From Candidatus Poseidoniaceae archaeon (GTDB lineage: Archaea > Thermoplasmatota > Poseidoniia > Poseidoniales > Poseidoniaceae): a stretch of 64,000 nucleotides of DNA. The stretch spans positions 71,903-135,902 of the forward strand of contig CBFHXB010000002.1 in the NCBI GenBank assembly GCA_965659685.1, given 5' to 3'. The translations under genes and the position numbers were made by a program. Under the pieces are notes generated by a model. That model was given only the letters and a program-made list of their open reading frames with translations, did not search any database and was not told the origin of the DNA. Positions 56,756 through 64,000 of the stretch are shown one piece after another. Each line of letters opens with the position of its first letter. Position 1 is the first letter of the stretch.

Positions 56756-59700
56756 TTACGGTTGCCACCGTTGCCAAAGTTGGTCGCTGTGTGCGGCTCG
56801 GTAAAACCAGACTCCGCTTCCTTGCGGCATCTCGTACCATTCGTAGCCGTCGTCTTTGACCACACCGACCGCGTGGACGGAGGGTTCCGTTAGCATGCCT
56901 TGCTGGGGCGATTGATGCGCGACCGCTGGCGTCGTCCGGGGTTCATCCAATTCGCTCATCGCGATCTTTTCGCGCAGCAGGATGCCTCTGTCTTCTGAAT
57001 CCATTGAACCTTCGAGCCCAAAGTAGCCCTCGGTGTGGGCGATGCGGTACAGGTCTTGGGGAGAGGCGACGAGCAGGTCATCGATGAGGGTGAACAACTT
57101 CTCGCGCGTGTCTTTCCTGATCTCGTTGTTCGTGTACCGTGCGGTGAGGTCAGCCTTCAGTTGGTTGAGTTCTTCCGTGAGCTCCGGAGGATTGCCGTGA
57201 TAGGCCTGCACCAACGATTTGAGGTAACTCAATTCGTTGGTCTCCTCTTCGGAAAGCTTGCTGTTCTTGCGCAGCACCTGCACCCACCGGAAGGCATCTG
57301 GGAGGACAGCCGCCACGGCGTTGGTTTGCAAGATGCTGAACAAGGCAAGGAGGATGGCGCCGATTCCCACGGTGGTCGTCACCGCCCCAGCATCACCGGC
57401 AAAGAGCGATTGCAAGGTGGAGACGTCTTCTTCACTCTGGGTGGACGGGAGCAAACAGCCGCGGGAGTCCACCGTCACGCCCTCGGCTGTGCCAGGGCAC
57501 TGATCCTCGGTGTCCGGCACGCCGTCGTTGTCTGAATCGACCACGGTTTGCGTTTCGTTTCCGTCATCGGTTTGGTTGTCCTCCGACGGTTGGAACTGGT
57601 CCGGGACACCGTCGCCGTCTGCGTCAAGGCAGCCGTAGTACCCGTCCGCCGTGGAGTTGCCAGCAACGCCGGGGCAGTGATCAGGTTGCACCGCTCCGAC
57701 AACGAATGCACCGGGCCAATCTGGACTTCGGCTCTCGTTCCAAGACGCATCGCCCCAGTTGTCGCCGTAGCCGTCGCCGTCCGTGTCCGTCCACTGGGTG
57801 GCCTCAAGCGGGAAGATGTCCTGATGATCGGGGATACCGTCTCCGTCAGCGTCCAATTGGGCCGGTGAGCAACCGTCGCCATCGACCTCTGCCTGAGCAG
57901 CGGTGTTTGAACAGAGGTCGTTCACGTCCCCGATGCCGTCGCCGTCGCTGTCCAAGGACTGGGTGCTGTCGTTGGGGAAGGCATCGGTGTTGTCGCCCAC
58001 GCCGTCGCCGTCGGAGTCCATCTGCTCGAAGGCGTTCGTGGGAAAGGCATCGCTGTTGTCCCCCACCCCATCCCCGTCGCTGTCTGCGGTCTCACTCGGG
58101 TTGTTTGGGAAGGCGTCGCTGTTGTCCCCCACGCCGTCACCGTCGGAATCCATGATCTCGAAGGGATTGAACGGGAAGGCATCGGCGTTGTTGCCGACAC
58201 CGTCACCGTCGCTGTCCTCGCTCTCGGTGGCGTCGTTTGGGAAGGCATCGGCGTTGTTTCCAACGCCGTCACCGTCGCTGTCCATCCATTCTGCGCTGTT
58301 GCTGGGGAAGGCGTCACCGGCGTTGCTGTAACCGTCGCCGTCGTCGTCAGGGCATCCCGTCTGATCTTGCGTGGAGTTGCCTGCGACCTCGAGGCAATCG
58401 TCGTCCGCGTTCAGCACGCCGTCGCCGTCGAGGTCGTTCTGATCGATGAACGTGAAACTGGACGACAACAAGTGTTCGCTTCCGTCCTTGTCGATGAGGC
58501 TGAGGTCGACGGTGCCAGACGTGGAAACGGAAGGCGTCGTGACCCGAATCAAGGTGTCGTTCACGACGGTGCCCGTCACAGAACCGGAGGTGCCAAATTT
58601 CACCGTGATCTCATGCGACACATCGACGCCGGTCGATTTTGTGGTGTACTTCAACACGTCCGACGTCGCGTCGCTGAAGGGAACGTGCATGATTCCTTGT
58701 CCATCGATGAAAATTGAATTTCCTTCTCCAACATCGGCACCGTTGGCGATCGTGCTGACGTCCCAGTTGGTCGTGATTGGATCGATGGTTGCGTACTTCA
58801 AATTCATTCCAGACCATGTGTGGTACACGATGTGGGGTTGATCAGCAGCGTCAACCGCGATGGAAGGGTCCCGGCCGGTGTGCCCTGATGCGTCGATGAT
58901 CTCGGTGGTCCATCCACTGTTTGGCGTTCCCGTTGAGTACCTCAAATCGTCTTCTTTGTCATCGAAATGGGCGATGTGAAACTGTCCCTGTTGATCCACT
59001 GCCATTGAGGTCATGTAACCCGGGTACAACTGGGATGGGCTGGTTCCAGTGTCGACCAGGTAGGTGTCCCATGAGCCGCTCTTGTCCGTCGCGATTTTCA
59101 GTTTCGAAGAGGAACGGTCTTGATAGGCGATGTAGATGTCATCGTTCTCGTCGATCACGATGGCAGACTCACATCCCCGATTGTTTCCGGATTCAACCGT
59201 GCTGTGGGCCCAGGTTGTTCCTGTGTATGAGGCGATGCGCAGTCCATTCCCGCATTGGTCTGCGCCGTTGACGGCGTAGGAGATGTGTGGGCGGTTGTTT
59301 GAGTCAACAGCGATGCCAATTGGGCCGAAATGCGCAGCGTTCGAAACGGTCTGATCCGTCCATGCGGTTCCATCGAACGTCATGTAGACCAACGTTTCAG
59401 CCCAACTGGTGTAGGTGGTGTACGCCAAGTGCAGGTGGTCGTTGTCATCAATGACCATGTGAATGTCCCAACAATACGTGTTCCCACAATCGTTTATTTT
59501 CACTGAATTCCAACTTGTCCCGTCGTGGACGCTGTGTCGGATTTCGTAGTTTCCGTCTTTGATTTGGACGACGTGGATGTGCCCGTTCGAATCAACACCG
59601 ACGGCATTCCATCGACCTGCTTGGTCGCTCATGTCCAAATTCGACGCTGCCCATTGGTGGTTGATGCCGTCACGGGTGACGTTGGTGAAGGCGAGATCGG

Positions 59701-59950
59701 AAAAGCCGCTTCCGGTGATCTCGATGTCCTCACCTCCGCTCATCCATCCTTGTGTCGGTGTGACCGTGGTCTGCATCGAGCCAGTGTGTTGAACCATGTT
59801 GTGTTCAGGTTGCAGCGAGACAGGGTCGACGGGCAGCATCGAAGCAAGCAGCGCGAGCACGACGGCCAACACCAGCCCTGAGCGCATACCACAGGCTGGC
59901 TTTGGCCCATTTTCATGCTTTGGTACCGTGGACGTGCCTTCCTCCCACAT
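56756..59950 (-). CDS. Giant type-I membrane protein with beta-propeller-like repeats, an IPT/TIG-like domain, thrombospondin type-3-like Ca-binding repeats, a TM helix and an about 190-aa cytoplasmic tail
   Basis: Start is the ATG at 59950 or 59887 (MRSGLVLAVVLALLASMLP signal). A repeated hhVDxxGxxHIxY motif occurs about 7 times. DSDGDGVGDN-type repeats are present. The TM helix is GIGAILLALFSILQTNAVAAVL. The longer track ORF (to 60424) overlaps the upstream gene. Confidence 0.85.
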   Translation of the reverse strand: MWEEGTSTVPKHENGPKPACGMRSGLVLAVVLALLASMLPVDPVSLQPEHNMVQHTGSMQTTVTPTQGWMSGGEDIEITGSGFSDLAFTNVTRDGINHQWAASNLDMSDQAGRWNAVGVDSNGHIHVVQIKDGNYEIRHSVHDGTSWNSVKINDCGNTYCWDIHMVIDDNDHLHLAYTTYTSWAETLVYMTFDGTAWTDQTVSNAAHFGPIGIAVDSNNRPHISYAVNGADQCGNGLRIASYTGTTWAHSTVESGNNRGCESAIVIDENDDIYIAYQDRSSSKLKIATDKSGSWDTYLVDTGTSPSQLYPGYMTSMAVDQQGQFHIAHFDDKEDDLRYSTGTPNSGWTTEIIDASGHTGRDPSIAVDAADQPHIVYHTWSGMNLKYATIDPITTNWDVSTIANGADVGEGNSIFIDGQGIMHVPFSDATSDVLKYTTKSTGVDVSHEITVKFGTSGSVTGTVVNDTLIRVTTPSVSTSGTVDLSLIDKDGSEHLLSSSFTFIDQNDLDGDGVLNADDDCLEVAGNSTQDQTGCPDDDGDGYSNAGDAFPSNSAEWMDSDGDGVGNNADAFPNDATESEDSDGDGVGNNADAFPFNPFEIMDSDGDGVGDNSDAFPNNPSETADSDGDGVGDNSDAFPTNAFEQMDSDGDGVGDNTDAFPNDSTQSLDSDGDGIGDVNDLCSNTAAQAEVDGDGCSPAQLDADGDGIPDHQDIFPLEATQWTDTDGDGYGDNWGDASWNESRSPDWPGAFVVGAVQPDHCPGVAGNSTADGYYGCLDADGDGVPDQFQPSEDNQTDDGNETQTVVDSDNDGVPDTEDQCPGTAEGVTVDSRGCLLPSTQSEEDVSTLQSLFAGDAGAVTTTVGIGAILLALFSILQTNAVAAVLPDAFRWVQVLRKNSKLSEEETNELSYLKSLVQAYHGNPPELTEELNQLKADLTARYTNNEIRKDTREKLFTLIDDLLVASPQDLYRIAHTEGYFGLEGSMDSEDRGILLREKIAMSELDEPRTTPAVAHQSPQQGMLTEPSVHAVGVVKDDGYEWYEMPQGSGVWFYRAAHSDQLWQRWQP
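57911..58288 (-). repeat. Tandem 66-nt coding repeats (DSDGDGVG(N/D)N(A/S/T)DAFPN...), six units
   Basis: Near-identical 22-aa units were read directly from the translation. More degenerate D-x-D-G-D copies extend to about 57490 and about 58440. Confidence 0.85.
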
Positions 59951-59970
59951 GAGTGAGAACCGCTTCCTCT

Positions 59971-60528
59971 TCAAGCCGGCGAGCGTCGAACCAAGACGAG
60001 GTTGAGGACGGCCAGAACCATGACGACGACGGAGAGCCACAACGGCATCAGTGGGACCTGATCGTAGGGGAGTGAAAGACCGTCCAGCAGGGATTCGCCC
60101 CGCGTGTAGGTGCCACCCATTGAGGACGTCATCAGCACCATTCCAACCGCCAACAGGCCCCCCAGGCTCTGCCACCGTCGCCCCAAACGGTCGTTCCAGA
60201 CCTGCGCACCGAGCCTTCGGCGGGTCAGCAAAACCCCCAGCGCGAGTCCAATGGCGGCAGAGCCAAGCAGCATCTTGTTGATGAGCAAGGGATGATTCAC
60301 GCCGTCTCCAGGGCTCGATTGTAGCCCTGTGGCCATGGCGAAAGGCATCGCAAAGAGACCGAACGCGAGCGCGAAGTGCGCGGTCACGTCCGCCACCCCA
60401 ACATGGCGACCCGTTCCGAACCATCCGTGGCTGGCCACGCCAGCCAACAGGAAGGCCACGCCTGCCAAGGCGAAGGATCCAACGGCCACTTCCGTGGAGA
60501 TCACGTGAAGGGTGGATGCGGAGACCAT
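59971..60528 (-). CDS. Polytopic (about 5 TM) membrane protein, hypothetical
   Basis: Five hydrophobic helices with several intramembrane or near-membrane His residues (SHGW, GRHVG, TAHFALAF, VNHPLL). Its ATG overlaps the upstream stop (TGATG). Confidence 0.65.
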   Translation of the reverse strand: MVSASTLHVISTEVAVGSFALAGVAFLLAGVASHGWFGTGRHVGVADVTAHFALAFGLFAMPFAMATGLQSSPGDGVNHPLLINKMLLGSAAIGLALGVLLTRRRLGAQVWNDRLGRRWQSLGGLLAVGMVLMTSSMGGTYTRGESLLDGLSLPYDQVPLMPLWLSVVVMVLAVLNLVLVRRSPA

Positions 60529-61499
60529 CAGGGCATCACCTCGTCAGCGAAGGGCAGAAGTTTCGGCTGCTCGTTGTGGGGAAGGGTCTTGCGTGGCAAC
60601 GCGATGAAGGCGACCAAGAACGCCACCAACATGGCGAACGCTTGGGCATACACGGTCATGTCGTCTGACTCAAAGGTCGGCTCCTGGCTTTGCAAGGCCA
60701 CCCATGGGGTGGTCTGCGTGGGCCCTTCGCCTTCCAAATGAACGCGCCATTCGACCAGCACCGGTGCGAGGCTGGCTGGGATTTCAAAGGTCCACACGCC
60801 GTTGTCCTGCGAGGTTGCAGCGGCCGTTCGGACCGCGCCGCCATCCACGCGCCACTCGACGTCGAGGTCGTGCACGGCTTCGGTCGTCAGGCGGATGACG
60901 GTGGATTCACCGACGGTGCGCATCACCGGTGGCTGGAAGCCTTCGGACAGACGGGGCAAATCGTCGGGAACCGCATCCACCTGCACGCTGACCGGCGCGG
61001 TCGTGACGCCGAAAAAGGGCGCTCCGCTGCCGTCTCGGGCGCCGTGGTGCACGGATGCATGAAGGTCGTAAGCACCCGCACTGGGCGCTCGCAGCGTCCA
61101 CTCGACCGTGTGCTGAGCGGTGCCGTCAGGGACGACCACTTCGACGTAATTTTGTGATCCCCCCTCGCTGTTGGACACCACCGTCCATCCGTCGTCCTCC
61201 GGCGTGTCTTCGGCCCCGGAAACATCGGAGAGCAAGAAGAAGCCAAGCAGGCCGGTGTCGGTGGTTTGCACGTTGGTCACGGTTACGGAGACGCTGGTGA
61301 GCAAGCCCTCGTACACGGCATGCTCGACGGAAATCGAGACCGTTGAGGCAGAGCTTCGGTTCATGTCGGCATCACCGTGGCAGGCACCGCCACACTGTGC
61401 GTCGAAGGTGCCCTCGCCGACACCGTTTGGATTCGCGGCGCCGAAGGATGGCGCCATCAGCAAGGCGGACACGATCAACAGAACGGCGAGACGCTTCAT
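60528..61499 (-). CDS. Secreted, C-terminally anchored protein sharing an N-terminal C-H-G ... W-T-x-x-A-P module with the next gene
   Basis: Signal MKRLAVLLIVSALLMAPSFGAA. Module elements are QCGGACHGD, LLGFFLL and VEWTLRAPSAGAYDL. The C-terminal TM helix is FAMLVAFLVAFIAL. An ATGA overlap links it to the upstream gene. Confidence 0.7.
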   Translation of the reverse strand: MKRLAVLLIVSALLMAPSFGAANPNGVGEGTFDAQCGGACHGDADMNRSSASTVSISVEHAVYEGLLTSVSVTVTNVQTTDTGLLGFFLLSDVSGAEDTPEDDGWTVVSNSEGGSQNYVEVVVPDGTAQHTVEWTLRAPSAGAYDLHASVHHGARDGSGAPFFGVTTAPVSVQVDAVPDDLPRLSEGFQPPVMRTVGESTVIRLTTEAVHDLDVEWRVDGGAVRTAAATSQDNGVWTFEIPASLAPVLVEWRVHLEGEGPTQTTPWVALQSQEPTFESDDMTVYAQAFAMLVAFLVAFIALPRKTLPHNEQPKLLPFADEVMP

Positions 61500-63991
61500 T
61501 GACGACCACCTCCGTGGCGCAGCGTCAGAAGTTGGAGCAGCAGCAGCACGAACAGCATGGCTCCACCAAGTCCGTATCCCAGGCCAGCGGCTGGCTCCGG
61601 CGCTTCCACTTGAACGTCCTCGACGAGGACGCTGACGTCGTCCGCACCCCGTTGGAAGGTGCGCTCCTCATTGACCGGTTGAACCGTGTAGGTGTTGGCA
61701 CCGCTCATCGGCGGTCGGTCGGTGAAGTCGGTCGCGTTGACCGCCGCAATCATGTTGCCGTTTCTATAGACATGATGCGTGACCATTTCTCCGCTCCATA
61801 ACCACGTCAAATGGACCATGCCTGAGCCGTCATGCCGTGCTTCAAGGCCCTGAATTTGCGGCCCTGATTCAGGCGTCAAGGAAAGGCTGGTCGTCGCGCT
61901 GGCGCCGTGTTCGTCCGTGACCCGGAGGGTGACTTCTGTGGGGCCATCCAGAATGATCGCAACCTCGCTTCCGGTGGCGGTTTGACCGTTCCACGTCCAT
62001 CGATGGACGAGGTGCGTGCCGTCCAGATCCGTGGACCCATCGCTGGACAACACGGTGCGTTCCCCAAGCCAGACCTCGCGTGAAAGGACCTCGATGACGG
62101 GCACCGGTGGCAGGTTGCCGATGACGACGTCGGCTTCCGCGGCTTCGCTCCATGCGATGCCGTCGCTGACCATGACGCGAAGTCGCCAGCCTTGCTCCGG
62201 TGCCAATTTTTCGTTCGGCACAGAGGTCAGGTTCGACAGCGTGGCGTCGCGAAAGCCGTTCTTGTACCATGTTATCGTGAAGGTCAGGTCATCGCCGTCT
62301 GCGTCCACTGCGACGATGTTTGGGGACAAGTCGGCCCGGGAGGTTACGTTCTCCGACCAGGCCACCTCCACACGTGGAACCGAGTTCAGCACGATCAGGC
62401 GCTCGGTGGTGGAGCCAACCTCTTCGATGCCGTCGGAGATGCGCACCACAGCATGCCATACGTCGCCTCGGCTCAACGCCGAGGCGGGAAGGACGGTTTC
62501 GTCAACCGCGGTGCCTTGCTCCACGTCGTTCAGGAACCATCGCACGCTGGTGATGGTCAGGTCATCCCCGTCCACGTCGCTGCCGGTGAGGTTCAGCGTC
62601 AGGTTGTCTTGGACCGTGAAGGACGTCGACACAATCCGAGCGTCATCGATGGCCGGGGGCGTGTTTCCAACCACGAGGGTCTGGCTCGTCGTCCACGCCG
62701 ACCAAAGGTTGCCGTCGTAGGCTCGAACCTGCACCGACCATGCTTCTCCCTTGGCGGTCATGGAGGACGGCAACGGATTGAGTCCATCCGCTGCTGAGAC
62801 GGCAACACCGTCCCTGCTCCAAACCAGTTCCACGGATTGAACGGCGTCCCCGTCGGGGTCGCTCTCCAACCACGTGGCGAGAATGCTGTCTCCGGTCAAC
62901 GGCACGGTGGCGTTGCCAATCTGAACTTCGCTGACCACGGGGGCCTCGTTGCTGGAGCCCACCGTGATGGGGTCCGACATGAACCATTCCGAAACGTCGG
63001 TACCGTCCGAAACGCGAACCTCAACGCTCCACACGTCGCCTGGGCGCGTGGCAAAGGAGGGCAACGTTGTGGCGTTGTCCAGCGAGTGAACGGGGCTTCC
63101 TTCGAGGTGCCAGCGCGCCTCGGTGGTGGTCGTGGCATCGCCGTCAACGTCCTCGCTCTGCAGGCTGAAGGTCACGTCCACGGAGGTGTCCGGGGTGACG
63201 CTGCTGGGCGTCACCGAGACCACCGAAGGTGCAGAATTGACGACGATCACCGGCGTGGAAGCCTCGGTCGTTCCTGCGTCCATGCCGTCGGAAGGCGTGA
63301 CCTCAACGTGCCATGATTCCCCCTTTGAGGTGACGGATGCGGGCAGCGTCAGGGCGGTGTGTGAGGGTTGCACCACCCCGTTGCGGTACCATGCGACGCT
63401 GGAGCCGCTCTCGGTGTCGCCGTCGTCGTCAAGGAAGGTGTAACTCGCGGTCAGATCGGCCAAGGTCGTGGGTGCGTTTGGTGCAATGGCGAGGTTGCTG
63501 ATGCTTGGTGCTTGGTTGGACACCGCTTCGTTGGCGGTCGTCGAGGTGGTGCCGAAGGTGTCTCCGCTTGTCGCCCCATTGCCGTTGGCGGACAGCACGG
63601 CCAGATCAAACCGGACCGCTCCAGACCCGGCCGCAGGTGCGGTCCAGTCCATGGTCCACGATGTGGTACCTGGAGCGTAATCGTGGGTGGCTTGCCGTCC
63701 GTTGGCGTTGACCTTGCTGTTGGCATCGGGATTCGACAATTGTCCCTTGTTGACCTCGAGGTTGAATCCCCCGGTGTTGGGCGATGTGCCCATGCCGACG
63801 GTCAAGGTGTAGGAGGTCCCAGGCGTGTAATCGGTCGGGACGCCGCTCAATTGTGCCGTCACGCTGCTGTAGCCGTGGCAGTTGCAGCCTCCTGAACTGT
63901 TGTACATCCCGTTGTCTTTGGCCACCACTTGATTCAAGGGTGCAACAGCGAGCAAAACCACGAGAAGCACGATGCCGACGGCGGTCCGCAT
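61496..63991 (-). CDS. Large secreted, C-terminally anchored protein (831 aa) with a C-H-G module, five cadherin/Ig-like repeats and a PKD-like domain
   Basis: Signal MRTAVGIVLLVVLLAVAP. Module elements are GGCNCHG, GGFNLEV and MDWTAPAAGSGAVRFDL. Five units of about 94 aa carry D-x-D-G-D and (K/R)G(E/D)xWxVxV motifs. The C-terminus is AAGLGYGLGGAMLFVLLLLQLLTLRHGGGRQ*. Confidence 0.85.
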   Translation of the reverse strand: MRTAVGIVLLVVLLAVAPLNQVVAKDNGMYNSSGGCNCHGYSSVTAQLSGVPTDYTPGTSYTLTVGMGTSPNTGGFNLEVNKGQLSNPDANSKVNANGRQATHDYAPGTTSWTMDWTAPAAGSGAVRFDLAVLSANGNGATSGDTFGTTSTTANEAVSNQAPSISNLAIAPNAPTTLADLTASYTFLDDDGDTESGSSVAWYRNGVVQPSHTALTLPASVTSKGESWHVEVTPSDGMDAGTTEASTPVIVVNSAPSVVSVTPSSVTPDTSVDVTFSLQSEDVDGDATTTTEARWHLEGSPVHSLDNATTLPSFATRPGDVWSVEVRVSDGTDVSEWFMSDPITVGSSNEAPVVSEVQIGNATVPLTGDSILATWLESDPDGDAVQSVELVWSRDGVAVSAADGLNPLPSSMTAKGEAWSVQVRAYDGNLWSAWTTSQTLVVGNTPPAIDDARIVSTSFTVQDNLTLNLTGSDVDGDDLTITSVRWFLNDVEQGTAVDETVLPASALSRGDVWHAVVRISDGIEEVGSTTERLIVLNSVPRVEVAWSENVTSRADLSPNIVAVDADGDDLTFTITWYKNGFRDATLSNLTSVPNEKLAPEQGWRLRVMVSDGIAWSEAAEADVVIGNLPPVPVIEVLSREVWLGERTVLSSDGSTDLDGTHLVHRWTWNGQTATGSEVAIILDGPTEVTLRVTDEHGASATTSLSLTPESGPQIQGLEARHDGSGMVHLTWLWSGEMVTHHVYRNGNMIAAVNATDFTDRPPMSGANTYTVQPVNEERTFQRGADDVSVLVEDVQVEAPEPAAGLGYGLGGAMLFVLLLLQLLTLRHGGGRQ
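62108..63514 (-). repeat. Five tandem about 94-aa (about 282-nt) coding repeats
   Basis: Repeats span about aa 160-628. Each unit contains N-x-(A/P)-P, D-x-D-G-D, W-x-x-(N/D)-G, L-P-(A/S)-S and (K/R)-G-(E/D)-x-W-x-V-x-V-x-x-S-D-G. The copies are diverged at the DNA level. Confidence 0.75.
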
Positions 63992-64000
63992 AAGCGCGAA

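Noticed and set aside
61377-61394. Heme-c attachment site in QCGGACHG
   Set aside because: The spacing is CxxxCH rather than CxxCH. The paralogous module in the neighbouring protein has CNCH (CxCH), so a conserved heme-c site is unlikely. A structural disulfide or metal site in a beta-sandwich module fits better.

Overview
GC-rich archaeal chromosomal window. By hand I recognise about 60 protein genes, four tRNAs (Pro-UGG, Lys-CUU, Glu-CUC, His-GUG) and one RNase P RNA that the ORF track cannot show. The archaeal call rests on aCPSF1, aEF-1beta, Rpo11/RpoL, Cbf5, a GPN-loop GTPase, a DGGGP-synthase-type UbiA enzyme, TATA boxes about 25 nt upstream of leaderless starts, and an archaeal-type RNase P RNA. 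The mix with bacterial-looking genes (RibA, acyl-CoA dehydrogenase, fatty-acid hydroxylase, VKOR, LysE, a lipobox protein) and many giant surface proteins suggests a planktonic Thermoplasmatota / marine group II-III-like lineage, which is inference only. Housekeeping genes include asnS, rpiA, rlmE, truD, rpoL, argF, ribA, the conserved DUF106-cmk-cbf5 block, a DEAD-box helicase, glycosyltransferases and a Trx/VKOR disulfide module. Interleaved with them are five very large secreted or membrane-anchored proteins (about 810 to 1630 aa), two paralogous HAE3/MMPL-type RND exporters and an archaeosortase-like gene. I saw no CRISPR array, transposase, integrase, restriction or toxin-antitoxin genes. 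Best candidates for novelty: (1) a signal-less 1126-aa protein with about 24 tandem PPxPPG(M/L) units, beta-sandwich repeats, an EF-hand-like loop and a C-terminal zinc ribbon; (2) a translationally coupled four-gene minus-strand operon (56756-63991) encoding two proteins with a shared C-H-G ... W-T-x-x-A-P N-terminal module, a polytopic membrane protein and a beta-propeller/TSP3 receptor-like giant whose cytoplasmic tail ends in a WW-like segment; (3) an archaeosortase-like enzyme plus several proteins with G-rich / TM / basic C-termini that are not PGF-CTERM; (4) a pyruvoyl arginine-decarboxylase homologue with no Ser/Thr/Cys at the self-cleavage position. Many long antisense ORFs in the track are GC-driven artefacts. 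Everything here is manual motif recognition; no searches or statistics were run.
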